Source of the DNA: Promethearchaeia archaeon | Lineage (GTDB): Archaea; Asgardarchaeota; Lokiarchaeia; Sigyniarchaeales; SOKP01 | NCBI GenBank assembly: GCA_029856155.1 | Contig: JAHQWL010000052.1 | Location: 107,130-171,129 of the forward strand | Length of the DNA stretch: 64,000 bases | Direction of reading: 5' to 3' | Part shown: positions 10,173 to 19,804 of the stretch, piece after piece | Numbering within the stretch: the first letter of the stretch is position 1 | Layout: every line of letters starts with the position of its first letter | Made by a program: the position numbers and the translations under genes | Notes under the pieces: model-generated | Told to the model about the DNA's origin: nothing | The model's database searches: none | The model's input: only the letters and a program-made list of their open reading frames with translations

Positions 10173-11147
10173 CTAACCTATTTTTTTTTCCATCAATTTA
10201 ATAGCATCTTCATATGAAGTATTAGCCATGGGACCAAAAGATTCAACCTTAAGAGCTCCAACCGCATTTGCGAATGTACCACATTTGCAAAAATCCCAAC
10301 CTGCTAAGTATCCAATGATAAAAGCACCCCCAAAAGAATCACCTGCTCCGGTGGGATCTCTTTCAACTGCTTTATATCCTTTAACATTTTGACCTTCATA
10401 TTCATCAGAAGTAAAAATAGTACAACCTTCTTTTCCTTGTTTTAACACAACCATTTCTGGTCCCATCTCAAGTAATTTTTGGCAAGCATTTTTTGATCCA
10501 TTTACTCCAGCTAGCATTTCAGCTTCCTCTCCACTCGGAAGTAAAATTTTTGTATTTTCTAAGACAGGTATGCTCATCTCTAAAATGGTTTTGATATCTA
10601 ACATTTCAGGTCTAATATTTGGATCAAATGAGATTATAACATCTGAATTAAATTCTTTTGCGATTTTTATCGCTTTATAACATGCATCTCGAGATTTTTT
10701 ACTAATTGAAAGTGCACTTCCCATAATGTGGAGATTTTTTATATTCTTGAAGAATTCTGCTCTAACATCCTCTGGAGATGTTTCTCCAGCAGCACCTTTT
10801 GCAAAAATAAACTTACGAGAACCATCAGAATTATATTGATTGAACGCGATTCCAGTTGTTAATTTTTCACTGATTCTAATTTGTGAAGTTTCGATCTCAT
10901 CATTTTTTAATTTTTCAATTATGCATAACCCAAATTCATCATTTCCTATTACTCCAATAATTCCTGTTGTAAATTTAAAAGTCTTTCCCATACGAGCTGC
11001 TGTATCAATATATATTGCTGGTGCTCCACTAGGGAATGGTCCCCTATATATAGCTCCAAGATTTCCATGCGGAGTATCTTTTTCTTCACGCATGATTTCT
11101 ACTAGTAATTCACCAAGAGAAATTATATCCGGATACATCATTACCAT
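10173..11147 (-). CDS. PfkB/ribokinase-family sugar kinase
   Basis: SGAPAI, FDPNIR and DPTGAGDSF motifs. Confidence 0.9.
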   Translation of the reverse strand: MVMMYPDIISLGELLVEIMREEKDTPHGNLGAIYRGPFPSGAPAIYIDTAARMGKTFKFTTGIIGVIGNDEFGLCIIEKLKNDEIETSQIRISEKLTTGIAFNQYNSDGSRKFIFAKGAAGETSPEDVRAEFFKNIKNLHIMGSALSISKKSRDACYKAIKIAKEFNSDVIISFDPNIRPEMLDIKTILEMSIPVLENTKILLPSGEEAEMLAGVNGSKNACQKLLEMGPEMVVLKQGKEGCTIFTSDEYEGQNVKGYKAVERDPTGAGDSFGGAFIIGYLAGWDFCKCGTFANAVGALKVESFGPMANTSYEDAIKLMEKKIG

Positions 11148-11216
11148 TGAATCTCTATCTAATTTAATTATTTTAAAAAAAGATTTTTTTTCATAAGAAA
11201 AAATTATCTGAAAACC

Positions 11217-12056
11217 TTATTTTATGAATTTCTGTTTAAAGGCTTCGATAGTGCTTGAAATTTCATTAATATGAAGTTTTAGTTCTTTTGGATGCAATTG
11301 TTTCAATTTATCTAAATTATCAATAATATCTTTCATTTCATCAATCCATAAATTCATGAGAATTTCCTTCTCTTTGTTTTTGCATGCTAGTTTTATTTCT
11401 TCATCAATCCACTCTTTAGCACTTTCGTGTATCTGTCTTTTAAGTACATCCACAGTTATTTTGACTAAATCTTGTTCACTTTTAAGATTCTCCAATATAG
11501 GTTTAAGATTGTTTTTATACTCTATATTTTCTTCATTAAATTTTTTAAACATATCTCTAAGAATATCTTCTTTAGTATCAAAATCTTCTTTAACAACATT
11601 CAGATTATCTGAAAAATCTTTATTCATTAGTGTTATATTATCTTTAAGAGCCTTTATTTCATTTTTAAAATTATCTATACGTTCATTTAACTTTTTATCA
11701 AATGTTTTAAATTTTTCTTCTACTTCCAATTTAATCCTTTTAAAGTTTTCATCCATTTTGCGATCAAGATTAGTGTATTTTTCTTTTAATTCTTCTTCCA
11801 ACATATTCGCTAAATCTTCAATTTTCTTATTAGTTATATTTCCTTGTTTATCCCCTTTCAGATCCAATTGTATGACTTGTTCTTTTACTTGTTGTTCTAA
11901 TTTATTGATATGATCGGCTAATTTCTTTTCTAGATTATTAGCTTGATCACTTATTTTTTGTGGAGTCTTTTTAGATAGCTCATTCAATTTTTGATCTAAT
12001 TTACTAACTTGCTCTTTTAATTTCTGATAATCCTTTAAATTAATTTCTTCCGACAT
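11217..12056 (-). CDS. Coiled-coil hypothetical protein
   Basis: Entirely K/E/L/N-rich amphipathic helical sequence; directly downstream of the GTPase on the same strand. Confidence 0.65.
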   Translation of the reverse strand: MSEEINLKDYQKLKEQVSKLDQKLNELSKKTPQKISDQANNLEKKLADHINKLEQQVKEQVIQLDLKGDKQGNITNKKIEDLANMLEEELKEKYTNLDRKMDENFKRIKLEVEEKFKTFDKKLNERIDNFKNEIKALKDNITLMNKDFSDNLNVVKEDFDTKEDILRDMFKKFNEENIEYKNNLKPILENLKSEQDLVKITVDVLKRQIHESAKEWIDEEIKLACKNKEKEILMNLWIDEMKDIIDNLDKLKQLHPKELKLHINEISSTIEAFKQKFIK

Positions 12057-12124
12057 TTTATTTATCCTCTTTGCAAATAAAACTTTTATATCTTATTTCT
12101 AGGCAACTTTTCCAATTCTTGTTT

Positions 12125-13114
12125 TTACGATTGATTTTTTTTAACTTTAGAGATAATCTTTACTAATTCAAATTCTTCTATATTTAATTTCAATAATAAA
12201 TCTACACTTGCTTCAAAATCTTTCTTAGTGGATGTAAAAAGATTTTTTAAGTTATTGATTAAATCTTTAACTGGTTTACCAGACGATCTTTGTATATATT
12301 TTATTGTTTTGTTAAGTTCGGAGATATTAATTAGAAATTGATCCATAACTTCATTTTTATGTGTTTCATTTTTTTCTAATTCTTGTCTTAAAAAATCAAA
12401 ATATTTTAGATCGTTGATTTCTTTATCGATAGTGCTTTCTTCCTTGACGCTCTGTTTTATCTTTACTTTCTCTACAGTTGAATCAACGTTGGTTAAATCT
12501 ATCAATTGATATTTTAATTCTTCTTCATTTTTACCAATTAAATTTAGAAACGTTGTTGATGTATTGCTAGGAACATCATCAGGATTCAATAACTCTGCTT
12601 TTCTTAAAAATGTATAAATTAATAATTCAAAACATTTATTAACTCCTTCACCTGTTTTGGCAGAAATTAGATATACATGATCTTTTTTAGTCAGTAACTC
12701 TTTTAATGTAGTATTAAGCTTTTTACTGTTAGAAATTAAATCCATTTTATTTCCAACTAATATTGTTATAAAATCATCAGAATATCGATTCAAATTTTCC
12801 AAAAACTCTTTTTTTAAATTTAAAAATGTTTCTTCGGGTTTTGTTAAATCAAAAACTAAAAGAGCTCCATCTGTATTGGTATATAATGTTGGATTAAAAG
12901 GATTGAATGACCGTTGTCCCCCTGCATCCCAAAGTGTAATGCTTAAAATTTTTTCTTTTTCTTTAAGTATATATTTTTTTTTAGCTGTTTCATTACCAAT
13001 CGTAGGCAAGTATTGTTCGGGAAATTCTTTCCCTAAAAAGGTATTTATAATTGAAGTTTTCCCTACAGATGCTTCTCCAAGAACCACTAATTTTAAATTA
13101 ATAGAGCCTTCCAA
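12125..13114 (-). CDS. Rab-like small GTPase with C-terminal helical/coiled-coil extension
   Basis: G1 GEASVGKT, G2 YLPTIG, G3 WDAGGQ, G4 NKMD, G5 SAK; about 155 aa extension; no prenylation motif. Confidence 0.9.
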   Translation of the reverse strand: MEGSINLKLVVLGEASVGKTSIINTFLGKEFPEQYLPTIGNETAKKKYILKEKEKILSITLWDAGGQRSFNPFNPTLYTNTDGALLVFDLTKPEETFLNLKKEFLENLNRYSDDFITILVGNKMDLISNSKKLNTTLKELLTKKDHVYLISAKTGEGVNKCFELLIYTFLRKAELLNPDDVPSNTSTTFLNLIGKNEEELKYQLIDLTNVDSTVEKVKIKQSVKEESTIDKEINDLKYFDFLRQELEKNETHKNEVMDQFLINISELNKTIKYIQRSSGKPVKDLINNLKNLFTSTKKDFEASVDLLLKLNIEEFELVKIISKVKKNQS

Positions 13115-13430
13115 CTCATTAATCGCCTATAAAGAAATTTAAATTCTTTTTATTAAAAATTTACTGCTAATTAAATATCCAATTAGAATTATTTTTATAT
13201 AAAAACAAAAATGGAACTTATATTTAAATATATTTAAGAAACATACTCTTGGAACCTTCATGAACATGTTTCTAATTATTTAACCAAACAAAATAACATT
13301 TATTTAAAAAGAATGCTACCTAATAATCATTTTTAAATTGATAAAAGGTTTAAATTCTTTTCTTATTTTTCAATATCATTACTATAATATTATTATAAAT
13401 ATAGAAAAGAGTTAAAAGGGGTATAAGTAA

Positions 13431-14468
13431 ATGGGTTTAAAAACAAACATAACTGAAATGCTTGGAATTAAGCATCCAATTATAGCGGCGCCTATGGGCC
13501 CGTTTTACACTAAAGAATTAACTGTTGCGGTTTCTGAAGCAGGAGGTTTAGGTGTTTTAAGTCATACTAATCTATTCGGGAAAAATAGCTTAGAAGAAAT
13601 GAAAAAGGATATGGAATTTGTAATCGAGCATACTGATAAATCATTTGGTTTTAATGTAAGAACATCAAGAATACAGTTAGATGCTCCAGGGCTCTGTCGT
13701 GGGATTTCAAGATTTATTATGGATAATCCGAAATTAAAAGAACAATGTATTTACGCAGTAACAAGTGCAGGGTCAGCTAAACAATTACCAAAAACAAAAT
13801 CATTTCAAAGATTAAGAGAAAGTGGTTCTAATATTAAGCATTTTCACGTTGCTCCCGCATTATGGCTAGCTGGAAAGTGTATTGACGCGGGAGTTGATGG
13901 GGTTGTATTGACAGGATACGAAGGTGGAGGTCATCAATCTTACGAAAAAATTAGCACATTAGTACTCCTTCAACAAGTCAAGCGAAAATATCCAGATCTA
14001 CCTTTTATAGCATGTGGAGGATTTGCAAGTGGAGAAGGTTTAGCTTCTGCATTAACAATGGGAGCAGGAGCAATTGCTATGGGTTCAAGATTTATCGCCT
14101 CAAAAGAGAGTGAATTTCATGAAAGTTATAAAAATGTTGTGCCATCTGCGAAATCAAGTGATACAATATATGTAACAGGAGTACTAGGTCCAATACGACT
14201 TTGGAAAAATAATTATTCTTTACATCATGGAGTTGTTTCAAGTAAGGAAGAAAAGTTAGCAATGGAAGCACAAATAACTCCCGCAATGGCATTAGAAGAT
14301 CAGAAATTTTATGAAATAACTTATGACGGTAATATTAATGATGGAGCAGTTCTTTTAGGTCAAAGTATAGGTATGATTAATTCGATAGAAACAGTTCAAG
14401 ATATTATTGATGATATCGTTAAAGGTGCGGAAAAAAGGTTAAAAGAAGCTAATTCATATATAATTTAA
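13431..14468 (+). CDS. Nitronate monooxygenase/FabK-like flavoprotein
   Basis: HPIIAAPM, VSEAGGLG, GYEGGGH, IACGG and MGSRF motifs. Confidence 0.85.
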   Translation: MGLKTNITEMLGIKHPIIAAPMGPFYTKELTVAVSEAGGLGVLSHTNLFGKNSLEEMKKDMEFVIEHTDKSFGFNVRTSRIQLDAPGLCRGISRFIMDNPKLKEQCIYAVTSAGSAKQLPKTKSFQRLRESGSNIKHFHVAPALWLAGKCIDAGVDGVVLTGYEGGGHQSYEKISTLVLLQQVKRKYPDLPFIACGGFASGEGLASALTMGAGAIAMGSRFIASKESEFHESYKNVVPSAKSSDTIYVTGVLGPIRLWKNNYSLHHGVVSSKEEKLAMEAQITPAMALEDQKFYEITYDGNINDGAVLLGQSIGMINSIETVQDIIDDIVKGAEKRLKEANSYII

Positions 14469-14606
14469 GTATTAATTCAATAAACACTTAAATTATTTTT
14501 TTTCTTATTCTAAAATATTTTCTGATAAAATCTTCGTTAGAGAAAATGAATTCAAAAAAAAAATTCAAATTGCTTAGATATCTAATTAAAGTTCCTTATA
14601 TTAAAT

Positions 14607-14837
14607 ATGGAGGTGTTTGTTATAGGTAAAAATGATGATGATGATGATATTGTTTATTGTAAAAATTGCCAAAAGGAAATACTCCAAAAAAACGCAATTT
14701 ATGTAGGTGGAAAACCTTATTGTAAAAAATGTTATCGTGATGCTGAAGAGTATGAGATCATTGAAGATGCTGAAGAAGATGATGACGACGATGATGATGA
14801 CGACGATGATGATGATTACGATGATGATGATGATTAA
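14607..14837 (+). CDS. Small acidic Zn-finger protein (single LIM-like/treble-clef finger, poly-Asp tail)
   Basis: CKNC-x17-CKKC with GKPYC..CY; flanked by Asp runs. Confidence 0.7.
   Translation: MEVFVIGKNDDDDDIVYCKNCQKEILQKNAIYVGGKPYCKKCYRDAEEYEIIEDAEEDDDDDDDDDDDDDYDDDDD
14779..14834 (+). repeat. GAY trinucleotide run encoding poly-Asp
   Basis: gatgatgacgacgatgatgatgacgacgatgatgatgattacgatgatgatgatgat. Confidence 0.9.
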
Positions 14838-14876
14838 ACTATATACAATAGGAATACACATATTTAATTGATATAA

Positions 14877-15353
14877 ATGGCAAGTAAAAGACAAGAAATT
14901 GGACCATACGATTATATTGAGTATTTTAAGCGAAATACAGCTTTAATGGTCTCGATGGATAAAAATGGAAAACTTAATGTTATGGCTTTAGATTGGAAGA
15001 CTATTGAAGAATTAGATGGTATCCCTGTTATTAGAGCACAGGTAGCGTATAGTCGATATACTTATCAATTACTCACTGAGGGAGTTAATGAATTTACTGT
15101 AAATATACCCTCAGAGAATAATTATGAGGCAATAGATATTGCGGGTTCTTATTCGGGTAGAAATACTAACAAATTCAAACAAGCAGGATTGGAAACCATT
15201 CCGGGAAAAAAAACAAAAGTACCTACAATAAAAGATTGTATTTTAAGCTATGAATGTCAAATTATTCATACGAGTAAATCAAATATGAGCAGTCACCATT
15301 ATTTTTATGGAAAGATTCTAACTGCTTATGCATCTAATGAAATTACCAAATAA
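14877..15353 (+). CDS. Flavin reductase-like FMN-binding protein
   Basis: LNVM..W, EFTVNIP, GSYSGR..NKF, VPTI, YEC and HHYFYG motifs. Confidence 0.85.
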   Translation: MASKRQEIGPYDYIEYFKRNTALMVSMDKNGKLNVMALDWKTIEELDGIPVIRAQVAYSRYTYQLLTEGVNEFTVNIPSENNYEAIDIAGSYSGRNTNKFKQAGLETIPGKKTKVPTIKDCILSYECQIIHTSKSNMSSHHYFYGKILTAYASNEITK

Positions 15354-15373
15354 TTTTTTATTTTATTATAAAA

Positions 15374-15784
15374 TTATTTTTCACAAAAACACCCTGAACT
15401 GTTTAAAATCTTTTCACCGCAAGGGCATTCTTCGGGATGGTCATATTTTTCACAGATTTTATTTATTGTTTCACATGAAAAAAGTAAGCTAAATTTTTCA
15501 CTTTCATTGTGAGCTTTAGTTGGATGGAGTCCTAATTCATTATATAACAGAACTTCGAGAAGCCTGCTATGTCGGTTCAATTCTTTTGCTAATTCAATAC
15601 CATTTTTAGTTAAATCTACTTCATAATATGGTTGATAATTGACAAAATTACGTTGTTTTAGTCTTTTAATACAACTACCAAGAGTAGAATGTGGTAGGTT
15701 TAACTCTTTTTTTATTTCGCCAATTTTCATTGATTTCTGTGATTTAAATAAAAACTTTATAACAAGACAATCTAAATCTATCAT
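15374..15784 (-). CDS. DtxR/MntR-family metal-dependent transcriptional regulator
   Basis: wHTH plus LT..G..LA..L.R..RLLE dimerisation helix and HPEECPCGEKI; third gene of the ZIP operon. Confidence 0.85.
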   Translation of the reverse strand: MIDLDCLVIKFLFKSQKSMKIGEIKKELNLPHSTLGSCIKRLKQRNFVNYQPYYEVDLTKNGIELAKELNRHSRLLEVLLYNELGLHPTKAHNESEKFSLLFSCETINKICEKYDHPEECPCGEKILNSSGCFCEK

Positions 15785-15814
15785 TTTATAAACTCCTCCA
15801 GCATTATTGATTGA

Positions 15815-16573
15815 TTAATGTTCATGTCCTCCAACTATTAATATAAAGCCCATAATGATAATACCTAACATTACTAAAATTAATTGTCTTATGATTTCTT
15901 TTGTACCTGTCTTTTCATGTAATTTTGGTGTTAAATCCGATAATGCTATGTAAATAAAACTAGCTGCTGAGATTGCTAAAAATATTGGTGTAAGAAAGGC
16001 AAAAATACCAATAATATAATAGCTAATAATAGCAGCTGGTATTGTAGATAAGCTAGATATTAAATTATAGATGAATGCTTTTTTTTTTAGCATTCCACCG
16101 TGAAGGAGTATGCCAAAATCGCCTATCTCCTGAGGTATCTCATGAATTATTATTGTAATACCGACTGCAATACCGATATTAAAATCTGTAATAAAGGCAG
16201 TTGCAATAAGAACTCCATCTGTAAAATTGTGAAAAGCATCTCCTACAAGAATTATAGATGCTGTAGCATTACTATGAACTTCACAACTGTTATTTTGACA
16301 ATTCCGCCAAATTAGAAATTTTTCTAAGAAAAAGAAAAATAGAATACCTCCTAATATAAAATACATGATTGAATGAGGGTCACCTGGTGAACTCTCGATC
16401 GCTTCAGGAATTAAACCTAAAAATGAAGCAGTAAGTAATGTTCCTGTCGCAAATGAAATTAAAGCAGAAACGATTCTCTTTTGCATATTTTCTTTAAAAA
16501 GAATGAAGCCTGAAGCTGCTAGTATAGCCCCAACACTTCCAAAAATACTAAACAAAATAATCCAAATTAACAT
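15815..16573 (-). CDS. ZIP-family divalent metal transporter
   Basis: GDAFHNFTDG and HEIPQEIGDF motifs. Confidence 0.9.
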   Translation of the reverse strand: MLIWIILFSIFGSVGAILAASGFILFKENMQKRIVSALISFATGTLLTASFLGLIPEAIESSPGDPHSIMYFILGGILFFFFLEKFLIWRNCQNNSCEVHSNATASIILVGDAFHNFTDGVLIATAFITDFNIGIAVGITIIIHEIPQEIGDFGILLHGGMLKKKAFIYNLISSLSTIPAAIISYYIIGIFAFLTPIFLAISAASFIYIALSDLTPKLHEKTGTKEIIRQLILVMLGIIIMGFILIVGGHEH

Positions 16574-16593
16574 TATTTATCAATTCAGTTTCG

Positions 16594-17349
16594 TTATAAT
16601 ATGGATTTTAACATAAATATTAATATCATTGTAATTATTCCAGCAAACAGTAAAATCAGTTGTCTTAAGCTATGTTTTAATCCTAATTTTTGATGCAATT
16701 CAGGTGTTAAATCTGATAAGGCAATATAAAGAAAACTTGCTGCTGAAATTGCTAGAACATAGGGAATTGCCAAGGAAATTAAATCTAAAAGAAAATACCC
16801 TATTATTGCAGCAGGTATGGTTGCAACTCCTGAAAGAAGATTATATAAAAAAGCTTTTTTTTTTGAATAATTCTTATCAATGAGTATTGCTAAATCGCCA
16901 ATCTCTTGGGGAATTTCATGAGCTATAACAGAAAGACTAATAGCAATTCCAAAAGTAAAATTAATTAAAAAAGATGCGGCAATTACAATACCATCTACAA
17001 AATTATGAAATGCATCACCTATAAGAATAACTGGACCTGCAGCTTCACCCGTTACAACACACTCAGCGTCGTGACAATGACGCCAAATGACCAATTTTTC
17101 AAGAATAAAAAAAAATATAAGACCTCCTAAAAAGTATGTCATTACAATTTGTATTGCATCTCCCGCTTTCGATATAGCTGTAGGAATCATTCCCAATGAT
17201 GCTGCGGCTAGTAACGTACCCGTAGCATAAGCAACCAAACTGGAAACTAGTGATTTTTGAATATTTTTAGTTAAATTAAGAAAAATAAAAGCTAAAACTA
17301 TAGCTCCAATACTCCCTAAAACACTAAACAATATAATCCATAGAAGAAT
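16594..17349 (-). CDS. ZIP-family divalent metal transporter (paralog; probable AUU start at 17349)
   Basis: GDAFHNFVDG and HEIPQEIGD. In-frame ILLWIILFS aligns with paralog MLIWIILFS; the track start TTG 17331 truncates TM1. Confidence 0.9.
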   Translation of the reverse strand: MLLWIILFSVLGSIGAIVLAFIFLNLTKNIQKSLVSSLVAYATGTLLAAASLGMIPTAISKAGDAIQIVMTYFLGGLIFFFILEKLVIWRHCHDAECVVTGEAAGPVILIGDAFHNFVDGIVIAASFLINFTFGIAISLSVIAHEIPQEIGDLAILIDKNYSKKKAFLYNLLSGVATIPAAIIGYFLLDLISLAIPYVLAISAASFLYIALSDLTPELHQKLGLKHSLRQLILLFAGIITMILIFMLKSIL

Positions 17350-17408
17350 TTATTATCACTTCAAATAGAAATAAAATTATTTTTTTTAGTTTTTTAATTA
17401 ATAAAAAT

Positions 17409-17426
17409 TTTACGATTCATCGTAAA
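17409..17426. promoter_or_regulatory. Palindromic operator candidate for the DtxR/MntR regulator
   Basis: TTTACGAT-TC-ATCGTAAA (perfect 8-bp arms, extendable by A/T tracts), about 60 bp upstream of the ZIP-ZIP-regulator operon. Confidence 0.65.
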
Positions 17427-17562
17427 TTTTTACATAAAATCATATAAATTAATCTCTATTAAATTTTCTCACAAAAGAACAAAGGTTGTCAAAAGGACTT
17501 AATAATAAAAAAACCCAATTAATTAATAAATCAAAATTAATATTTGTCTTAGAGGTTATTTC

Positions 17563-19002
17563 ATTATTAAAAAATCACTAACTCTAACTTGTATAGAATG
17601 CAAAAAAAAGTATGAATTTACCTCTATTCAACATAAATGTCCTGAATGTAAAGGACTATTATGGTTTGAAGTTAATTTAGAAAGATTTAGACAACAATTC
17701 TCTGAAATTGAAGCTATAAATAAATTTTGGGATTACAAATTTGCACTTCCTCAAGTACAGGATGATTTTATTGTTTCATTAGGGGAAGGGGGTAGTCCTT
17801 GTAAAAATTCAAAAAAATTTGGAGAAAAATTGGGATTAAAGTTCTTATTTTTTAAAGATGAAACTCAAAATCCAACTAATTCTTTTAAAGATCGTGCGGC
17901 AGCATTATTAGTTTCTCATGCGCGTAGTTGGGATTATAAAAAAATTATCTGTGCTTCAAATGGTAATCAAGGTGCCTCATTAGCAGCATATGCTTCTGTA
18001 GAAGGAATGAGTTGTTTGAATATCATCCCAAGAATAATTGATGTAGGAAAAAAAGCTCAAATGATCGCGTATAACTCCGAATTAGAAGTAATTGGAGAGA
18101 CTGTTGATGATGCTATTGAAGAACTATTAATACGAAAAAATATTACAGATTTCTATCAAGGTTCTCCTGATTTGAATCCACTTACCCTTGAAGCCCAGAA
18201 AACCATCGCTTATGAAATAATTAAACAGGTTGAAGAACCAAATTGGATTTTAATCCCCATGGGAAGTGGAGAATTATTAGTAAGTCTATGGAAAGGATTT
18301 CATGAGCTTCTAGAGGCTAATGTCATAAAGAGGCTTCCAAAATTAGTTGGTGTCCAATCAGAAGCCTCATCTCCCATTGTGGATGAATTCTTTAAAGATA
18401 AGGGGAGTATTCTGAAAAATCAAGAAATTCAAAATTCTATAGCCCTAGGAGTTTTAGTAAGAAATCCTATATATAAAGATTTAGCTATTAAATGTATTAG
18501 GGAAAGTGAAGGCACTGTAATGTCAATTCTGGAGGAAAATATATTAAATTCAATTGATAAACTAGTAAGATATGAAGGAATCTTTGCAGAACCCGCATCA
18601 GCTTTAACTATAGCTGCAGTTCAATCATTGCAAAATAAAAATGTGTTTGATGATAATGAAAAAATTGTATGTCTTATCACTGGTAGTGGACTAAAAGCAC
18701 CTTACATTTTAGAAGCGTTATCATCTCAAACAAAAACGACAGGAAAAGGTTCAATTATTATAACAAAATTAAAAATATTATCTCAAATATCCCTATCTGG
18801 TGAAAAAGGGATTTATGGAAGTAAAATCCATGAAATAATAAGCCCTGGTAAAAAAATTTCTGGAATTTATCAGCACTTGAAAGATTTAGAATCAAAAGGT
18901 CTAATAATGCGAAAAAAAGAAGGAAAACATATATTGTATTTTATAACTGAAAATGGAAAAAAAGTTCTTGATGCATTAGATGTCCTAATTACACTCCTTT
19001 AA
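17563..19002 (+). CDS. thrC: Threonine synthase-like PLP enzyme with N-terminal Zn ribbon and C-terminal winged-helix domain (probable AUU start at 17563)
   Basis: In-frame upstream of the track start: CIEC...CPEC...FWDYKFALP...SLGEGGSP. Also NPTNSFKDR (PLP Lys), ASNGNQG, AEPASA, ITGSGLK, and C-terminal IYQHLKDLESKGLI...YFITENG wHTH. Confidence 0.85.
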   Translation: MIKKSLTLTCIECKKKYEFTSIQHKCPECKGLLWFEVNLERFRQQFSEIEAINKFWDYKFALPQVQDDFIVSLGEGGSPCKNSKKFGEKLGLKFLFFKDETQNPTNSFKDRAAALLVSHARSWDYKKIICASNGNQGASLAAYASVEGMSCLNIIPRIIDVGKKAQMIAYNSELEVIGETVDDAIEELLIRKNITDFYQGSPDLNPLTLEAQKTIAYEIIKQVEEPNWILIPMGSGELLVSLWKGFHELLEANVIKRLPKLVGVQSEASSPIVDEFFKDKGSILKNQEIQNSIALGVLVRNPIYKDLAIKCIRESEGTVMSILEENILNSIDKLVRYEGIFAEPASALTIAAVQSLQNKNVFDDNEKIVCLITGSGLKAPYILEALSSQTKTTGKGSIIITKLKILSQISLSGEKGIYGSKIHEIISPGKKISGIYQHLKDLESKGLIMRKKEGKHILYFITENGKKVLDALDVLITLL

Positions 19003-19640
19003 GATTCATATAATTCAACTTCTTTTCTACCTTCTACTAGAAATACTTTATCAAAAACTTGAGGAAAACTTTGAATAATATTCTTTCTAACAACAGATAT
19101 TATCAGTAAGGATATTAAACCTGATATACCAAATTGTATTATTCCATTTAAAATTACCTCATATAAAGCACTAACAAATCCCCAAAGTATAATTTCATAA
19201 ATAAAATAACCAAGTACCATGAATAAACCTCCCAATACAACAGCTACTATATCACGATAATTAAATTTAATGTTATTCTGCTTAGGATTTGAAATTAATC
19301 CAATTATAAATCCTTCTAATCCTTTAATTATTAAAGTTGCTGGGGCATAAATAGCATAGCCTAAGAAAATGTCTGCTAAAGCAGAACCTATACCTCCTGC
19401 TATACCCCCTATAAAAGGACCAAATAGTAAACCTGCAAACATTACTCCAGCATCTCCAATATTAATAAATCCTTGGGTTGCTGGAATTGGTATCGAAATT
19501 ACCATGGTCAATACACAAATTAAAGCTGCAAATATACCTATAATTGAAAGACATAACACATTATTAGGTAAAAGATAACCCATTAAACTTTTAGGTTTAA
19601 AAACCTTTTTTTCCTTCATTATTTCACTTTCTTCTTTCAT
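18999..19640 (-). CDS. ECF transporter S component
   Basis: IPIPATQGFINIGDA, GIGSALAD and TLIIKGLEG motifs. Confidence 0.85.
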   Translation of the reverse strand: MKEESEIMKEKKVFKPKSLMGYLLPNNVLCLSIIGIFAALICVLTMVISIPIPATQGFINIGDAGVMFAGLLFGPFIGGIAGGIGSALADIFLGYAIYAPATLIIKGLEGFIIGLISNPKQNNIKFNYRDIVAVVLGGLFMVLGYFIYEIILWGFVSALYEVILNGIIQFGISGLISLLIISVVRKNIIQSFPQVFDKVFLVEGRKEVELYES

Positions 19641-19804
19641 AATTTTTCTACTTTTAAATATATAAGTTTGGACTTATATAAGTTTAAACTTATATTTAAT
19701 CTATGATTTTTTTTTATTTAAATCTTTATGTTCAGATTAAAATTAGAAAAAAAGGATCCTATCAATCTAGTTTATTTTGGAAAATTGTTAAAAAAAAATA
19801 TAAG

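Noticed and set aside
12086-12127. Possible stop readthrough or fusion of the Rab-like GTPase (KQELEKL in frame after TAA)
   Set aside because: A second stop follows 12 codons later, with no link to the next ORF.
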